Shown: piece after piece, positions 1-14,141 of the stretch
How positions within the stretch are numbered: the stretch's first letter is position 1
Layout: every line of letters starts with the position of its first letter
From: Eledone cirrhosa
Taxonomy: Eukaryota
Assembly (NCBI GenBank): GCA_964016885.1
Contig: OZ024742.1
Span: 250,356,001-250,420,000 of the forward strand
Length of the DNA stretch: 64,000 nucleotides
Direction of reading: 5' to 3'
Program-made: the position numbers and the translations under genes
Notes under the pieces: generated by a model
Databases searched by the model: none
What the model saw: the letters and a program-made list of their open reading frames with translations, nothing else
Told to the model about the DNA's origin: nothing

Positions 1-86
<86 letters not shown>

Positions 87-116
87 TTATTTATTTATTT
101 ATTTATTTATATATAT
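1..116. repeat. (CT)n-(TA)n-(TTTA)n microsatellite
   Basis: Simple repeats seen directly. Confidence 0.95.
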
Positions 117-157
117 TCTGTCAAAGTTCTTTCATCACACACCTGTAAGATCATCAG

Positions 158-237
158 TGGTATTATTACGTTTCCTCCCGTTGTATTGTAATGGCGTAGA
201 CATTACAATACAACGGGAGGAAACATAATGGTACCAC
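158..237. repeat. Near-perfect hairpin (fold-back) with ~36-bp arms
   Basis: gtggtattattacgtttcctcccgttgtattgtaatg pairs with cattacaatacaacgggaggaaacataatggtaccac across a 7-nt loop. Confidence 0.85.
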
Positions 238-271
238 TAATTGTGCTACAAACCAAAGAATAAGTGTATTT

Positions 272-452
272 TTGGCAGTATCGGTAGAGGGTCGGACGCC
301 ATGCTTTCCAGCATAGTTACATCCCTTTACGATTTGAGTTCAAATCCCGCCGAGGTTGACTTTGCCTTTCATCCTTACAGGGTCGATAAAATAAAGTACC
401 AGTAATGCACTGAATAATTGCTGGCCTTGTGCCTAAAGTAGAAACAATTATT
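272..452 (+). mobile_element. tRNA-derived SINE, family S1
   Basis: A box tggcagtatcgg, B box gagttcaaatccc, central gcctttcatccttacrgggtcgataaaataaagtacc, (ATT)n tail; about 16 copies in the window. Confidence 0.9.
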
Positions 453-494
453 ATTTCTGACAATATTATGAGAATATTCTAGGGCGGGTAAAAA

Positions 495-830
495 TCCCGA
501 GATCTATGGACGAGTTCTCTCTAGCGGTCTCCGTCCCTCATTATCGCTGCCGTGTCCTGTGTCTCCAACAGACCAGTGTCTTTCCTTAGGGCATCAACAT
601 ACGTTAACCTTGGTCTTCCTCTTCCAGTGTGTCAATGTAGGGGCTCCCACAGGAGCACTGAGTGCAATGTCAACTCTGGATGTCGGTGAGCATGTCCAGC
701 TAACCTCAGTCTCCTCTGTGTCACTTTTGAGCTGACTTTTGGGAGGCTCCTATACAGTTCTGAGTTTTCATCCTCAGTGTATACTGATTAATGTTCAGAG
801 CCATCCTCAGCATTCTCGTATAAGAATATG
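495..830 (-). mobile_element. RTE-clade LINE 3' fragment
   Basis: Minus strand reads RRLRLAGHAHRHPEL...GRGRPRLTYVDALRKDTGL, typical of the RTE ORF C-terminus. Confidence 0.75.
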
Positions 831-902
831 ACCCTCCCCAAATAGAACAATATTTGTTTCAACACATGATTTAATATCAAAATCCTTGCCTATATATATA
901 TA

Positions 903-1056
903 TGAAAAGATTCAGGACTCCGAGGGCTAAGCTCCGGCCGTTTTGACAGCTAGATTCAAACTCGAATATATCTGAATCTTTTCCTATCGCCCACTCTACT
1001 ACCCCAAGTATCGAGTACTCTTATGGTCCATCTGCTATATTACCACACCCACTTTG

Positions 1057-1058
<2 letters not shown>
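903..1058 (+). mobile_element. Short fold-back element, family E (putative PLE-derived), between TA tracts
   Basis: Inverted repeat gaaaagattcag/ctgaatcttttc followed by the tail cactctactaccccaagtatcgagtact shared with 18363, 45600 and 46285. Confidence 0.7.
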
Positions 1059-1128
<70 letters not shown>

Positions 1129-1401
1129 GTTATTGTTACTTGTTTCATATACGGACCTAAGTTTGCACCTTGCACCTCATACTGCCTCTGTGTAGTATAT
1201 CACATGGATGCACGCACCTTCTCCTGTACCCCCCCCCCCGTTTTTTTATTTACCCGTTTTTTTATTTATCTCTTTGTGAAGTTACATACAGATTTGAATG
1301 TATTTTAAAATATTGTAAATTTATTTATTTTATTTTATTTTATTATCCTATTGTGTTTATATGTGTGTTTTTATGTGTAGACCTGTGCGTAGGTATATGT
1401 A

Positions 1402-1434
<33 letters not shown>

Positions 1435-1714
1435 GTGGGTGTGTATGGGAGGGTGTATGTATACATGTGTACGTATATGCATGAGCTTATGAGCGTGTGT
1501 GTGTGCATGCATGTACATGTATGTACATATGTGGCTGAGTGTGTATATAGATATATATGTGTGTGTGGGCGCGTATGTATATAAATGTGTGTGTGCGTAT
1601 GTATGTATATGTGGGTCTCTATATGTATGTGTATTTGTGTGTGTATGTATATGTATGTGTACATCTCACAAGAATTTGCACGGATGGATTATATATACCT
1701 TGTATTGTATTATT

Positions 1715-4213
1715 AAAAATAGAAAGGAGGGGGAGCTGGTAGATAAGTTAGGCGAGGCTATTTGTAGTGGCATCGCAACTGACGTGCTAGCGGCGAGAAT
1801 GGCATTAGACCATTTCTTCAATGCCAAACACGAAGGTTGCATTGTCAGAGCTAAGGCGCGTGCGCTGAGAAACGAGGGAACTAAAGCTGTTCGATGGGCC
1901 CGCGTGGCGGAGGCGCAGCGTGGTAATAAAACCACAATTCGGTCTTTGGCGGACCGAGACGGACACGAGATAAGCGATTCCAAGCGGATGTGTGAGGCCT
2001 TTCGCCAGCACTTTGCTAGGTTGTTCAGGGAGAGTGGCAAGTCAGAGAGAGTAGCGGATTTCAGTCCCTACCTTGACGGCTTGCCGCGCATCTCGACGGT
2101 CGACGCTGAGCGCTGCGAAAGGCCGATTACTTCAGCCGAAATTCAGGACGCCCTTGTCGGCTGCATGAGGCGCAAGTCACCCGGTTTGATTGGCCTGCCC
2201 TACGAGCTTTACGTAAATATGCCAGACTTGTTCTCCGAACTCCTCGAAGCACTCTACTGCAACTGGCAGCAGAATGGGAGTATTCCCAGTTCTGTGAGCA
2301 GAGGAGTGGTGACACTGATAAAGAAAGACGAGAACAAGAGGGATACAGTAGACAACTTCAGGCCCATAACTCTGCTCAACACAGAGTTTAAGATTTTGGC
2401 CAAGGTGTTAGCAAAGAGATTGGCGCTTGTCGTCGAGGATTTGGTTGGGGAGGCGCAAACTTGCGCAATCCCAGCCAGGTCCATACACGACAATCTCCAC
2501 CTCATGCGATACATCATAGAGAGGGTAGGGTGTAAACCTGGCTTCAGTGGGACACTGATCAATTTAGATCAATCGAAAGCATACGATAGGGTCGACCATC
2601 GGTATCTGGAGTTTGTCCTCAAAGCAACTGGCTTCGGCCCTGTCTTTAGAAGCTGGATCGTTGCAATGCACAGCGGCACACGCTCGGTGGTCAAGGTTAA
2701 TGGCCACCTCTCGGAACCATTTGGGCTCTCCCGATCGGTCCGTCAAGGGTGCCCTCTCTCTTCCCTTCTGTAGACTCTCGAGCCTTTACTGCGGATTCTG
2801 GAGCTGTTGCTCGAACCGGGACGTGTAAAGGCGGTGTCGGCTTATGCGGACGACATCACCGGGATGGTGTCGAACACCTCAGAAATCGAGGTGGTCGGCA
2901 CCTTATTGAAGGAATATGAAAGGTTGACAGGAGCCAAACTTAACCCGGAAAAGTCGGTGGGCTTGCAGCTCGGAACCTGGAGAGGCAAGCCCATGCCGTC
3001 CAACAGCGTCGTGGGACGCTGGACGGACGGACCGGTAAAGTTGCTCGGGGTTTGGTTCGGACCAGACCTCCAGGTGGAAAAGAATTGGGACGAGGTAACG
3101 AGCAGAGTAACCAGTCTCACCCAAAAATGGGCTGGGAGGAAGCTATCACTGAAAGCTCGCGCGGAGGTGGCGAATGCGTACATCGCGTCCGTCATCTACT
3201 ACCGCCTGACCGTCGTGCATTTCCCCCGTCCGCGCTTTGTCAAGTTAGAACGGCTCCTCTTCAAATTCTTGTGGAGGGGACAAGTTCCGTTGGTGAGGCG
3301 GTCCATCTGCTGCCAGCACCCTCTACGCAGAGGGCTGTGCATGCCGAGGCTAATGATGCGCAGACATGCGTTGAGGCTGCGACATCTCCAGATATTCTGC
3401 CTCAACGGTGAACAGGTGTGGTCGCCGTTTATCAGACGGGCCTTTCCGCAGCTCATTTCTTTGACTGAGCTGCAGTCATGGGTCAAGAAGAGACCGAGAC
3501 TGGGTGACTGGCACCTGGAATGTTGCCAGGCACTCACTGCCCTCTACCAAGCGGGCAATGCTATCAGTGCAACTTCCACTCTCGAATTCTATAGAGGATT
3601 AGTGGTGGGCAAGTGCGATGACGCACTCGGAGAAGCTTTGGGCCTCGACGAAGTCGAACTGACCAGTCTGTACCAGAGGACTTTTGAGCCGGGGACGATG
3701 GACAATTTCCAGAAATCCCTCGCTTGGCAGTGCTAACGGGAGGCACGGCCGGTTCGGGATAAACTCTACAAGCACGGAAGTGTTGTCAGACGGACCTGCC
3801 CAAGATGCGCACAGAACATCGACACCGTTCTGCACGCACTTGTCCAATGTCCGTGCATTAATGACTTGTGGAGTTATGTCGAACAGCTACTGTCGCGTGT
3901 GGAACGAATCCGGCTATCGGCCGATTCCATAGTGAAGATCGATCCACCGCCTTCCTTAGGTCAGGAAGAGCAGGAAATTTTCCTCTGTCTGGTGGCAGTT
4001 GCGAAAGAGATTATATGGTGGACCAGATTAAAAGGACTGAAGACAGACACTTTTCTCTTCGGCCAATCCCTCATCAACTTCTTCAAGTTTCACCTGGAAA
4101 TGAAGGTGAGTGTGGAGAGAAAAGTGCTGCCCCCTAGTACATTTTCTAAAAGGAGGGTGAATGTGGCGAGAATGGCTCGTGTGAATGGGCCTACTCTGAC
4201 CATGCGCCTATAG
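1715..4213 (+). pseudogene. Disrupted LINE ORF2 reverse transcriptase (pieces to 2773, 2807-3736, 3866-4213)
   Basis: RT domain is split by stops near 2771 and 3734 and a frameshift near 3740. Confidence 0.88.
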
Positions 4214-4492
4214 GCTAGCTAACTTGAGGAGAGGGGTGCTCTCCTGGGTGACCTAGAAGCGCAGGGTGGTTCAGGATTGGTGGGGTACCCGAATCACCCC
4301 AGGGTCGTCCACCCCCTATCGGGGAATTTATTTTGTTATATTTATGCATAGTTTATTTTATATTTTTATATTTTCATTGTTAAATTAGTCTTGCCATTGT
4401 GCACTTTTACTCGACCTTATTGTAAACCCCCACTGTCCCTGTCTTTGTATTGTCCCATACATGTCGGCCCTTGTGGCTAATAAATGAAATCA
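1715..4492 (+). mobile_element. 5'-truncated Tx1/L1-like LINE (ORF2 RT pseudogene plus 3'UTR)
   Basis: RT motifs KSPG..GLPYE, NFRPITLLNTEFKILAK, LDQSKAYDRVDH, VRQGCPLS, AYADDI; C-terminal CPRC..H...C; 3'UTR ends aataaa then (ATT)n. Confidence 0.92.
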
Positions 4493-4524
<32 letters not shown>

Positions 4525-4670
4525 CCAGCATAGTTACGTCCCTTTACGATCTGAGTTCAAATCCCGCCGAGGTTGACTTTGTCTTTCATCCTTACGGTGT
4601 CGATAAAATAAAGTACCAGTAATGCACTGGGTAATTGCTGTCCTTGTGCCAAAAGTAGAAACAATTATTA
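4525..4670 (+). mobile_element. SINE S1, 5'-truncated
   Basis: B box and central domain match the 272-452 copy. Confidence 0.88.
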
Positions 4671-5986
4671 CTATTATTATTATTTTATCATATATCCATT
4701 GTATATATCCGTATATGTATGTATGAATATGTGTGCATGTATGTATAGATATATGTATTGTATACTATATTGATATTTTATGTTATGTTATTTTATGGTA
4801 TACTGTGTTTTTTATTATATATTGTATTTTTATTTTACGGTTTTGTTTATATATGTTTATGTAGAAACATGTGTGTGTAAGCAAATATGCATATGTGCAC
4901 GTGTCTGCATGTGGCCGTCCGTGTGCGTATGTATATGTATGTAGATGTATATATGTCTGCATGCATATTTGTATGTATATATGTGGGTGTGTGTATGTGT
5001 ATGTGTGTATGTAGTTATGTGTAAGTATGTCTAGTTTGTATGTGTGTTTGTGTATATATATATATATATGTATGTATATATATATACATATATACATGTA
5101 TATAAGGCTGTGCGTAGACATGTGTGCGCACGTATGTGTGCGTATATGTGTATGTTTGTGTGGGTGTGTGTACACATTTGGACATATGTGCGTATAAGTT
5201 TCTGTGTGTATGTACGTGTGTACATGTGTATGTGTATGTATGTGTGCGTATACATATATGTTATGTGTATACGTGTGTATATGTGTGTATACTTGTGTGT
5301 CTGCATGCGTGTGTATGTGTGTGTGTGTCTATGTACACACGCACATATAGATAGAAATATATATATATATATATATGGTGAGAGTATCTGTCAGTGGGGA
5401 TGTTTGTGTGTGGGCGCGTACGTACGCCCACATAGGACAGGGTTTGTCTATGTGTTTGAATACGGGTATACATAAACGTGTGTGTATATAGACATGTCTG
5501 TCTGTGCGTGTGTGCGCGTTTGAGTGCATGTGGAACCGGATGTATGGCGCGGTTCAGGTAGGCGCTTATAGGCTTGTGGCGGTCGGTATCTAGAAGTGGG
5601 TGTGCCTGGGTTTGTGGAAGAGAGGGAGAGTGTGTGCGTGTGTATATGTGCATCGGGGTATGTGTGTCTACGCATGTATGCGTACATTTGTGTATGCACG
5701 CATGTGTCTGTCCCTGCCCGTGTGTGTGTATATGTGTGGGTGTGTATGTGTAGGTACATACTCTGGAGTGTGAACAGACGAGTGAGATACCGAACCCAGC
5801 ATGACTCCATTGAAGTGTGTCGGACGCAAAATGGCTGATGACCCGTGTAGCAGTAAATAGTGACCAGAACTTAATATGACGTGGAATGGGAACAGCCAAT
5901 GGCATGACAGGAGTGGAAGATGTTTTTTGAAGGTGTTCTTTTAACGATAACACCCCAGTGAGAACATTTTCTCCGAAAGAACTTCA

Positions 5987-6077
5987 CGTGTCCGAAGGAA
6001 CCTGCAGCCGTAGAATCAGCCAGATCCATGCAGTGATCATGTCTCGAGCTACCTGCCGGCGAAACAATTGTAACACG
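5987..6077 (+). ncRNA. Degenerate type I hammerhead-like motif
   Basis: Stem I cgtgt/acacg; GAAA-caattg-UA with palindromic helix III; 5' core decayed (ccgaagg instead of ctgaaga). Confidence 0.4.
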
Positions 6078-6208
6078 CAATAAACTGGGTTCAGATGCAT
6101 CACTGATTTTTCGTTCTTTTATACTATTCACATTCTACTCTGTATGGATATTGAGTGCTAATTTTGGCATACCGCCTATGGAAGCGCCATAGCTATCATT
6201 ATACACAA

Positions 6209-6307
<99 letters not shown>

Positions 6308-6439
6308 GAGGGTGAGAGAGAGAACGAAGAAAAGTCGGGAAATGGTGTGGTAGGGTCGGAAAGTACAGAAATAGCTATCGAAACGGCCTGAGCTCTGCCG
6401 CCGAGGTCTTGAACATTTGCCTATATATGTATATAATAA

Positions 6440-6663
6440 TAATGGTTTCTTATATAGGCACAAGGCCAGTAATTTTTTTTTGGGGGGGGAAAGTCGATTA
6501 AATCGACCCCAGTGCGTGACTGGTACTTTATTTTATCGACCCTATAAGGATGAAAGGCAAAGTTAACCTCGGCGGGATTTGAGCTCAGATCATAAAGAGC
6601 CGTAACTCTATGCTGCAAAGCATGGCGTCCGACCCTCTACCGATACTACCAATCCACCGCCCT
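6440..6663 (-). mobile_element. SINE S1
   Basis: Full-length reverse-complement match to S1. Confidence 0.9.
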
Positions 6664-7116
6664 CAATAACAATAATAATAATACTCTCAACACATGCACA
6701 TTTGAACATTACAGAAACAATTATCACACTACATCCACCATAAACTCATAATTTTAATACACAAACACCTTTGCCTGCTTGATGTGCTTGTAAACCTATG
6801 TTATTTTATGTGATACCTTTGCCATGCAGTAATTATATATGCCTAGTACAATTGTTGTTTCCTATCTAACTGTCCTGTATATGCCTAACGCATTTGTACT
6901 CTCTATACTGCTTTAATTATTATACTATTCTCTTGTAATCTCTGTCACATGTATTCCACTCTGTGCCTCTTTAATTATTATACAATTCTCTTGTAATCTC
7001 TGTCACATCTATTCCACTCTCTAAATACGAAACTGTTGATAACAACATTAATATCCATGTATCTATATGATTGTTCAGTTGAATAGGAAGTTAATTATAT
7101 GTCCAAACTTTGCTAG

Positions 7117-7163
7117 TGCTCCCAGGATGCCAAACGAAAGTTTGGAAGAAACGATTGTCAGCA
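7117..7163 (+). ncRNA. Degenerate type I hammerhead at the end of an AT-rich tract, abutting (TA)n
   Basis: tgct/agca stem I, ccaaac-GAAA-gtttgg stem II, GAAA-cgattg-UC; CUGANGA core decayed to cccagga. Confidence 0.5.
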
Positions 7164-7211
7164 ATAAAATGATTTGAACATAGTTATATATATATATATA
7201 TATATATATAA

Positions 7212-7650
7212 ATGAAAATAGACCGAGAAACGGGACTGTCCCTCATCAGTGATCTGTTGACTATCATTGGTATTTCTTCGCATTAAAGATTAGATACCTC
7301 AAAATCAGTGTGAGTAATGACTAAAATAAGTTATTGGGACAGAGGGAATTGGACGGTAAAGAGGGACAGTAAACAAACAACATAGTAGTAATGCAAGGTA
7401 AAGAGAGGGAAAGAGAGACAAGTCAATGATACTTGTAGACTTAAGTCCGAACAAATCAATCGACGAGAAGAGGCAGACACGCTCGCACTACGCCAAAAGT
7501 GAGTAAGAAAAAGATTTCACACAGGTCAGACGGGAGGAAGTGAGAAGGGGGAGTAGCAGAGAGTGAGTGGGTGAAAGTGTGAGGAAGAGGCCAGCCGAGA
7601 GAGTGTGTGACAAGCAGAGGGCGTGAATGAAAGCAAGAGGTACAAGGAAA
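7212..7650 (-). mobile_element. Family B non-coding element (carries permuted hammerhead-like RNA)
   Basis: Homologous to 33268-33840 and 34799-35350 (cgggaggaagtgagaagggg...agagagtgagtg block and 100-nt structured core). Confidence 0.8.
7238..7340 (-). ncRNA. Putative non-circularly permuted hammerhead ribozyme, copy C
   Basis: ggtat-C-taatctt...GAAA-tacc...agatca-CUGAUGA-gggac; see top finding. Confidence 0.55.
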
Positions 7651-7992
7651 TATTCTTTGGCCCCACTCGGTCACCAATGACCATGGTTTTTCACCGAGAA
7701 AGTTTCCCTCCGAGGCACAAGCCTGGGCAAGGTTTGTTTTGTGGAAGACCAGAAGTTGCCCATGCATACCAGCCTCCCCTCTCCACGCCACCGATGTTGT
7801 AAAAAGTAAAGGCAATGGCCGATACAGCTTGGCACCAGTGACGTCGCCATTAATTTCTACAGCTGAGTAAACTGGAGCAACGTGAAATAGAGTGTCTTTC
7901 TCAAGGACACAACGCATCAACCGGTCCGAGAATCGAACTCACTACCTCTCAATTTCAAACCCAATACTCTAACCACTAAGCCATGCGCCTTC

Positions 7993-7993
<1 letters not shown>
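7648..7993 (-). mobile_element. tRNA-derived CORE-type SINE, family S2
   Basis: A box tggcttagtggtt, B box gagttcgattctc, CORE-like gttgtgtccttgagaaagacact; partial copy at 62855. Confidence 0.8.
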
Positions 7994-9235
<1,242 letters not shown>

Positions 9236-9268
9236 GAGATCAAAAGATGGTTAAAGGAGTTCCATGTA

Positions 9269-9335
9269 TTTTATTATGCGCATTTCAAAAACAAACATCA
9301 TCATGCAATAATATTTGTGTTTTCATCAGATAAAA
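9269..9335 (-). ncRNA. Type I hammerhead ribozyme (inverted copy)
   Basis: Reverse complement of 9456-9522. Confidence 0.82.
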
Positions 9336-9455
9336 CAGGAGAACATGATATTAAGGCTAAAAAACACTTGTGGATAGTGCAGTTTTAAATCAACATGTTG
9401 ATTTAAAACTGCACTATCCACAAGTGTTTTTTAGCCTTCATATCATGTTTTCCTC

Positions 9456-9522
9456 TTTTATCTGATGAAAACACAAATATTATTGCATGATGATGTTTGT
9501 TTTTGAAATGCGCATAATAAAA
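9456..9522 (+). ncRNA. Type I hammerhead ribozyme
   Basis: ttttat-CUGAUGA-stem II-GAAA-UGCGCA-UA-ataaaa; stem I 6 bp perfect, helix III palindromic; predicted cleavage after 9516. Confidence 0.85.
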
Positions 9523-9648
9523 TACATGGAACTCCTTTAACCATCTTTTGATCTTATATTATGCATACTCCAGTCCTACAAACTGTAGAGTGCTTCTTAT
9601 CCGATATCTGCATTGCTTTATTGTACTACAATAAAACTCACCTCCTAC

Positions 9649-9807
<159 letters not shown>

Positions 9808-10118
9808 GCACGCATACAACGATACATAGTAATAGGCCTATCCCTCACTTGGAGCCATGATATAAAATAAAAACTGAGAGAGGTGTCATCAGGCTTACTG
9901 TCAGAAATATGATTTTGAAATAACTGTGTAACGAGTGACAGAATTATTACTTATATATCATAGTGAATGGTTGTGTAAAAGGAGACACAGACAACGAAAG
10001 AGAGGAGGGATTGAGGAATAGAAAGAGAGACAAAAACACAAAGAAGGTGTAAGTGAGAGGAGTAGAGAGACCAGTACATGTAGGAAGAGACAGAGCGAGA
10101 GAAAATGGTACATAGAAG

Positions 10119-10164
<46 letters not shown>

Positions 10165-10262
10165 GAGGTAGTATAGATACAATGTATTATCACCATCTAG
10201 AAACGATCGTAAAGCAGTGAAGTATATCTCTAATGACTTGATTTTTTATTTCATTGTTTTAA

Positions 10263-10315
<53 letters not shown>

Positions 10316-10407
10316 TGAGTGAGAGAGACATGTATATATGCATGTACATTATAGAGATATAGATACACATACGTACATACTTACATGCATACATATACAC
10401 ACATATG

Positions 10408-10529
<122 letters not shown>

Positions 10530-10536
10530 CTTATGC

Positions 10537-10583
<47 letters not shown>

Positions 10584-11445
10584 TATATAGAGAGAGAGAA
10601 GGAGAGAAAGAGTGAAAGAAGAAGGCAAAGAACGTGGCAAATAATCTTTGAGCGTGGGGGAAGGAAGGGATGAAGGAAGGAAGAAAAGATGGAAGGCAGG
10701 AAGGTAGTAGAGAGAAAGAAAGGAAGTAAGTAAAGAAAGAGAGCAAGGAAGAGAGAGGCGAGATGTTTGGTGTGCATCTTTGCTGTGAATATGACAGTTT
10801 AATGAGATTTCTCGAAGCTATTCCAAAATTCCTGATGCAGCATTTACTAACACACCTCCGCTACACCACTACGACAAAACAACAACAATCTTCACCACAA
10901 CAACAACACGAATATTTATACCCACCACCACTACCCTCAACCACACAACTACAATAAGCAACAACAACAACAACAACAACAACAAACAATAAACATTTAT
11001 ACACACACCTACTACACTGCTACAACAGCAACAAGTAAAAAGAACAAATACAACGTCACAAAAATGTAAACACCACCTCTACACCACTACACCACCACAC
11101 AACTAATCTACTACAAGAAAAAAAACAACAACGAGAATAAAAAACAAAACTTTTATTTATACACTGTACCACTACCACGTACCAATACATTATTACATTA
11201 CTACAATTAAAACAACAACGACGACGATGATAACACCAACATGTACGCTGCTCCGACTCCACCCCACTCACACACACACACTACCCTTTTACTCCATAAT
11301 AATAACCACAACCACAGCAGAAATAAAATTTATGATAACGTCAAAAAAGCAATCGACATCGTTGCCACCCACCACCACCCACAAAATCCTAGAAATATTG
11401 CTACTACTAACACAGAAAAAATTAAAGGTCCACTCACACATCCAC

Positions 11446-11482
<37 letters not shown>

Positions 11483-11483
<1 letters not shown>

Positions 11484-11560
11484 CGAAGGAAATGTGGTAA
11501 GGAACCAGATGGACCATAACGCACCAAAGTACTCAATACTTAGGGTAGTAGAGTGGGTAA
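11483..11560 (-). mobile_element. Family E 3' tail fragment in (TA)n
   Basis: gaaggaaatgtggtaaggaaccagatggaccataacgcaccaaagtactcaatacttagggtagtagagtggg, nearly identical to 34709-34786. Confidence 0.8.
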
Positions 11561-11813
11561 TATATATACGGGATAACAGATTATTGTTATAGGTAGTCCA
11601 CTTAGATGTAGTCCAGTTAGAGTACTCCGAGTAGTGGATAGTATTAACGCTTGGCTAAGTTTGACTCAACAAGACGTTTCCATAGTGATGCTGCGAGTAC
11701 GTGGTGATTTCTATGTAGTTTACACTTGGAGTAATAATAAATCAAGAAAGAAGAGTGACTTGGTTTGCTATACAATAAGGGCTTTATTCACATTGCTGAC
11801 AATTGTTTCTCTG

Positions 11814-11872
<59 letters not shown>

Positions 11873-11942
11873 AATGAAGTAATCCGTCGGAAAAGTCCAG
11901 GAATAAAGAGTGCTCTATGTAATAAACAACATAAGGCAATTA

Positions 11943-12003
11943 TTTCATTTACCAGTGGTTTCTTAAAAGCAAAAATAGGTTGCATTCAATCATCAGAATG
12001 AAA
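11943..12003 (-). ncRNA. Type I hammerhead ribozyme (inverted copy)
   Basis: Reverse complement of 12088-12148 with changes confined to stem II. Confidence 0.8.
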
Positions 12004-12087
12004 AAATCCTGGAGTATTTATTGACGTTGGATTTTAAAATCCAACGTTGGGTTTTAAAATCCAACGTCAATAAATACGCCAGGATTT

Positions 12088-12148
12088 TTTCATTCTGATG
12101 ATTGAAAGCAAACTTTTTTTGCTTTTAAGAAACCACTGGTAAATGAAA
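12088..12148 (+). ncRNA. Type I hammerhead ribozyme
   Basis: tttcatt-CUGAUGA-ttgaaagcaaa/tttgcttttaa-GAAA-ccactgg-UA-aatgaaa; all three stems pair; GUA site at 12139-12141. Confidence 0.88.
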
Positions 12149-12166
12149 TAATTGCCTTATGTTGTT

Positions 12167-12210
<44 letters not shown>

Positions 12211-12391
12211 AGAGAGAGGGGGGGATATATATATATCCATATATATAAATATGTATATGTATATAAATGTATATATATATATATATGAATATATATATAT
12301 ATATATATATAAAGAGAGAGGGGGGGGGGGATATATATATATCCATATATATAAATATGTATATGTATATATATGTATATATATATATATA

Positions 12392-12450
<59 letters not shown>

Positions 12451-12849
12451 AGAGAGAGAGAGGGGTAGATATATTTATATCCATATATATCTATATATGT
12501 ATATATACTCACATGCATGTTTATATGTACATATATAACTATAAACAAGATATATTTAAGTAAAGACATATCTACTTATCACTATATGAACTCGAGAGAA
12601 AATAGAGTACTCAATAGTGGAAGCAAGGTTTATATATTGTTCTTTATTTGAGGCTGAATACTTTAGAAACCCTTACACATGCAGATAACAATGTGAGGTT
12701 TAGATTTAAAAAAAAAGTTCTTACAGCAAACAAAAACCTTGATCTATTTCCAACATATCCTTTCTATTGGGTCATCAAGTATGAAATTTGTAGAAATTAG
12801 TTGTTTTTTTGCTACTAATTTCTAGAAATTTCATACTTAACGACCCAAT

Positions 12850-13400
12850 GTCAAAATATCGGTCGCTATCCGATAGGTTTGCGGTTGAGTTGGTGGCAGT
12901 GGAAACACCCGGCGTTCTTGGCCTCCGGAACACATCCCTACTTACTATTAACTGAGTGAAGTTGGCTACCCGTAAGTGCAAGCCCCACGAATTGGAGTGA
13001 CTATTCCAGCCCGTCTCTCTCGCTATCATCCGAGGCAACGTTTTCTACATACTGTCCACTTACCGAGTTCCTCCACAAGATCGGAACGTCAGCGGCCCGT
13101 CTAAGGAAGGAGCCCCGCGAGACGGGGTGACTGTTGCAGTGGGTGTCGCTGGCCATTGTCCGCGGGAATGCTTTTGAGGTCTTGTCCGTGGGGCGCAGCT
13201 CCAATACCTCAGGCTCTAGGCTGGAGACCATTATTCTCCCCTCCCCCTCTCCATTCTTCTGTGACACTAGAGCCCTTGTCTTTCCCTTCCTTTTCCATTT
13301 TTTTTTTATTTTACATTCCATTCTTTCTCCTCAATTTATTTTTTATTTTTCTATCAAATTGTTTTTACTATTATAAACATCAATAAATAATAAATATAAT
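12850..13400 (+). mobile_element. Two tandem CRE-like LINE 3' fragments (restriction-like endonuclease C-terminus)
   Basis: KYRSLSDRFAVELVAVETPGVLG...VSLAIIRGNVFYILS followed by EFLHKIG...VSLAIVRGNAFEVLSVG and a 3'UTR. Confidence 0.75.
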
Positions 13401-13741
13401 AATTATTTATCACTAGATTAAAACCGGAATGATGGTGGTGATGATGGTAATGGTGACCTTGGTTGGTTGGCGATGTTAGATGTGGCAGAACCATACTGTA
13501 TTTATATACTGGCTTGGCATCCAGACTAGCAGGCTGTATTTATTGCAATCATTTTACTAAACTGATTGACGTGTGCCGTACTGGGTCACTTGATTAACAA
13601 GATCAGTAAGATTCCAGGATCAACAATTCAATATAATTCACCATATTCCTTTGGCCAAATCTATAAATTATCAGGAATTTGACAAGAACACATATAACGG
13701 TTTATTATCCAATAACAGTTTCTATTTTATACTCAATGGTC

Positions 13742-13920
13742 GTAGTTTCTAGGGGAGGGGAAAGCGATTAAAACTACTCCATTAAAGTTCTGGTACTTTA
13801 TTTCATCAACTTTCGAAGGTTGAATAGCAGAGTTGTCATGGGCAGGACTCAAAACGTAGAAATCCGGAACAAATACCACAAAGAAACTTGTCTAACGCTC
13901 TACAAATGCCGCCACTTCAT
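13742..13920 (-). mobile_element. Diverged SINE S1-related copy
   Basis: ctggtactttatttcatcaac...cgctctac blocks align to S1. Confidence 0.6.
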
Positions 13921-13965
13921 CTAATAATATTATCAGAGTTTACAAAGAGGACGAGACACCAAAGA

Positions 13966-14141
13966 CAGACCTGCCAACTCTCCTATCCACTTATGGGTGG
14001 GTGAGAGATGTTTTCTCTTGTGAAAATGGGTATATATTACTTCATTATGTAAAATCTCCCTATTTTGTCCCATTTCTCCCCGTTTTGGGGCACTTTTTTT
14101 CATGGTACTCTCCGTTTGGGATTTTAGAAGTTGGCAGTCTG
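13966..14141. mobile_element. MITE with ~14-bp TIRs (hAT-like ends)
   Basis: cagacctgccaact ... agttggcagtctg; no clear TSD seen. Confidence 0.6.

Larger units (their letters stand above)
11873..12170 (-). mobile_element. Fold-back element: ~250-bp palindrome with HHRs
   Basis: Centre ccaacgttgg at 12045/12046, arms 11921-12170, unique tail on the left, (TA)n on both sides. Confidence 0.88.

Noticed and set aside
125-180. Type II hammerhead on the minus strand (GAAACGUA...CUGAUGA)
   Set aside because: Only 9 nt lie between the cleavage site and the core, and no stem I or II pairing can be formed.
272-345. tRNA genes in SINE heads
   Set aside because: A and B boxes are present, but there is no cloverleaf or anticodon arm and each continues into a SINE body.
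9870-9950. CUGAUGA on the minus strand near 9886-9892
   Set aside because: No GAAA strand or flanking helices found.
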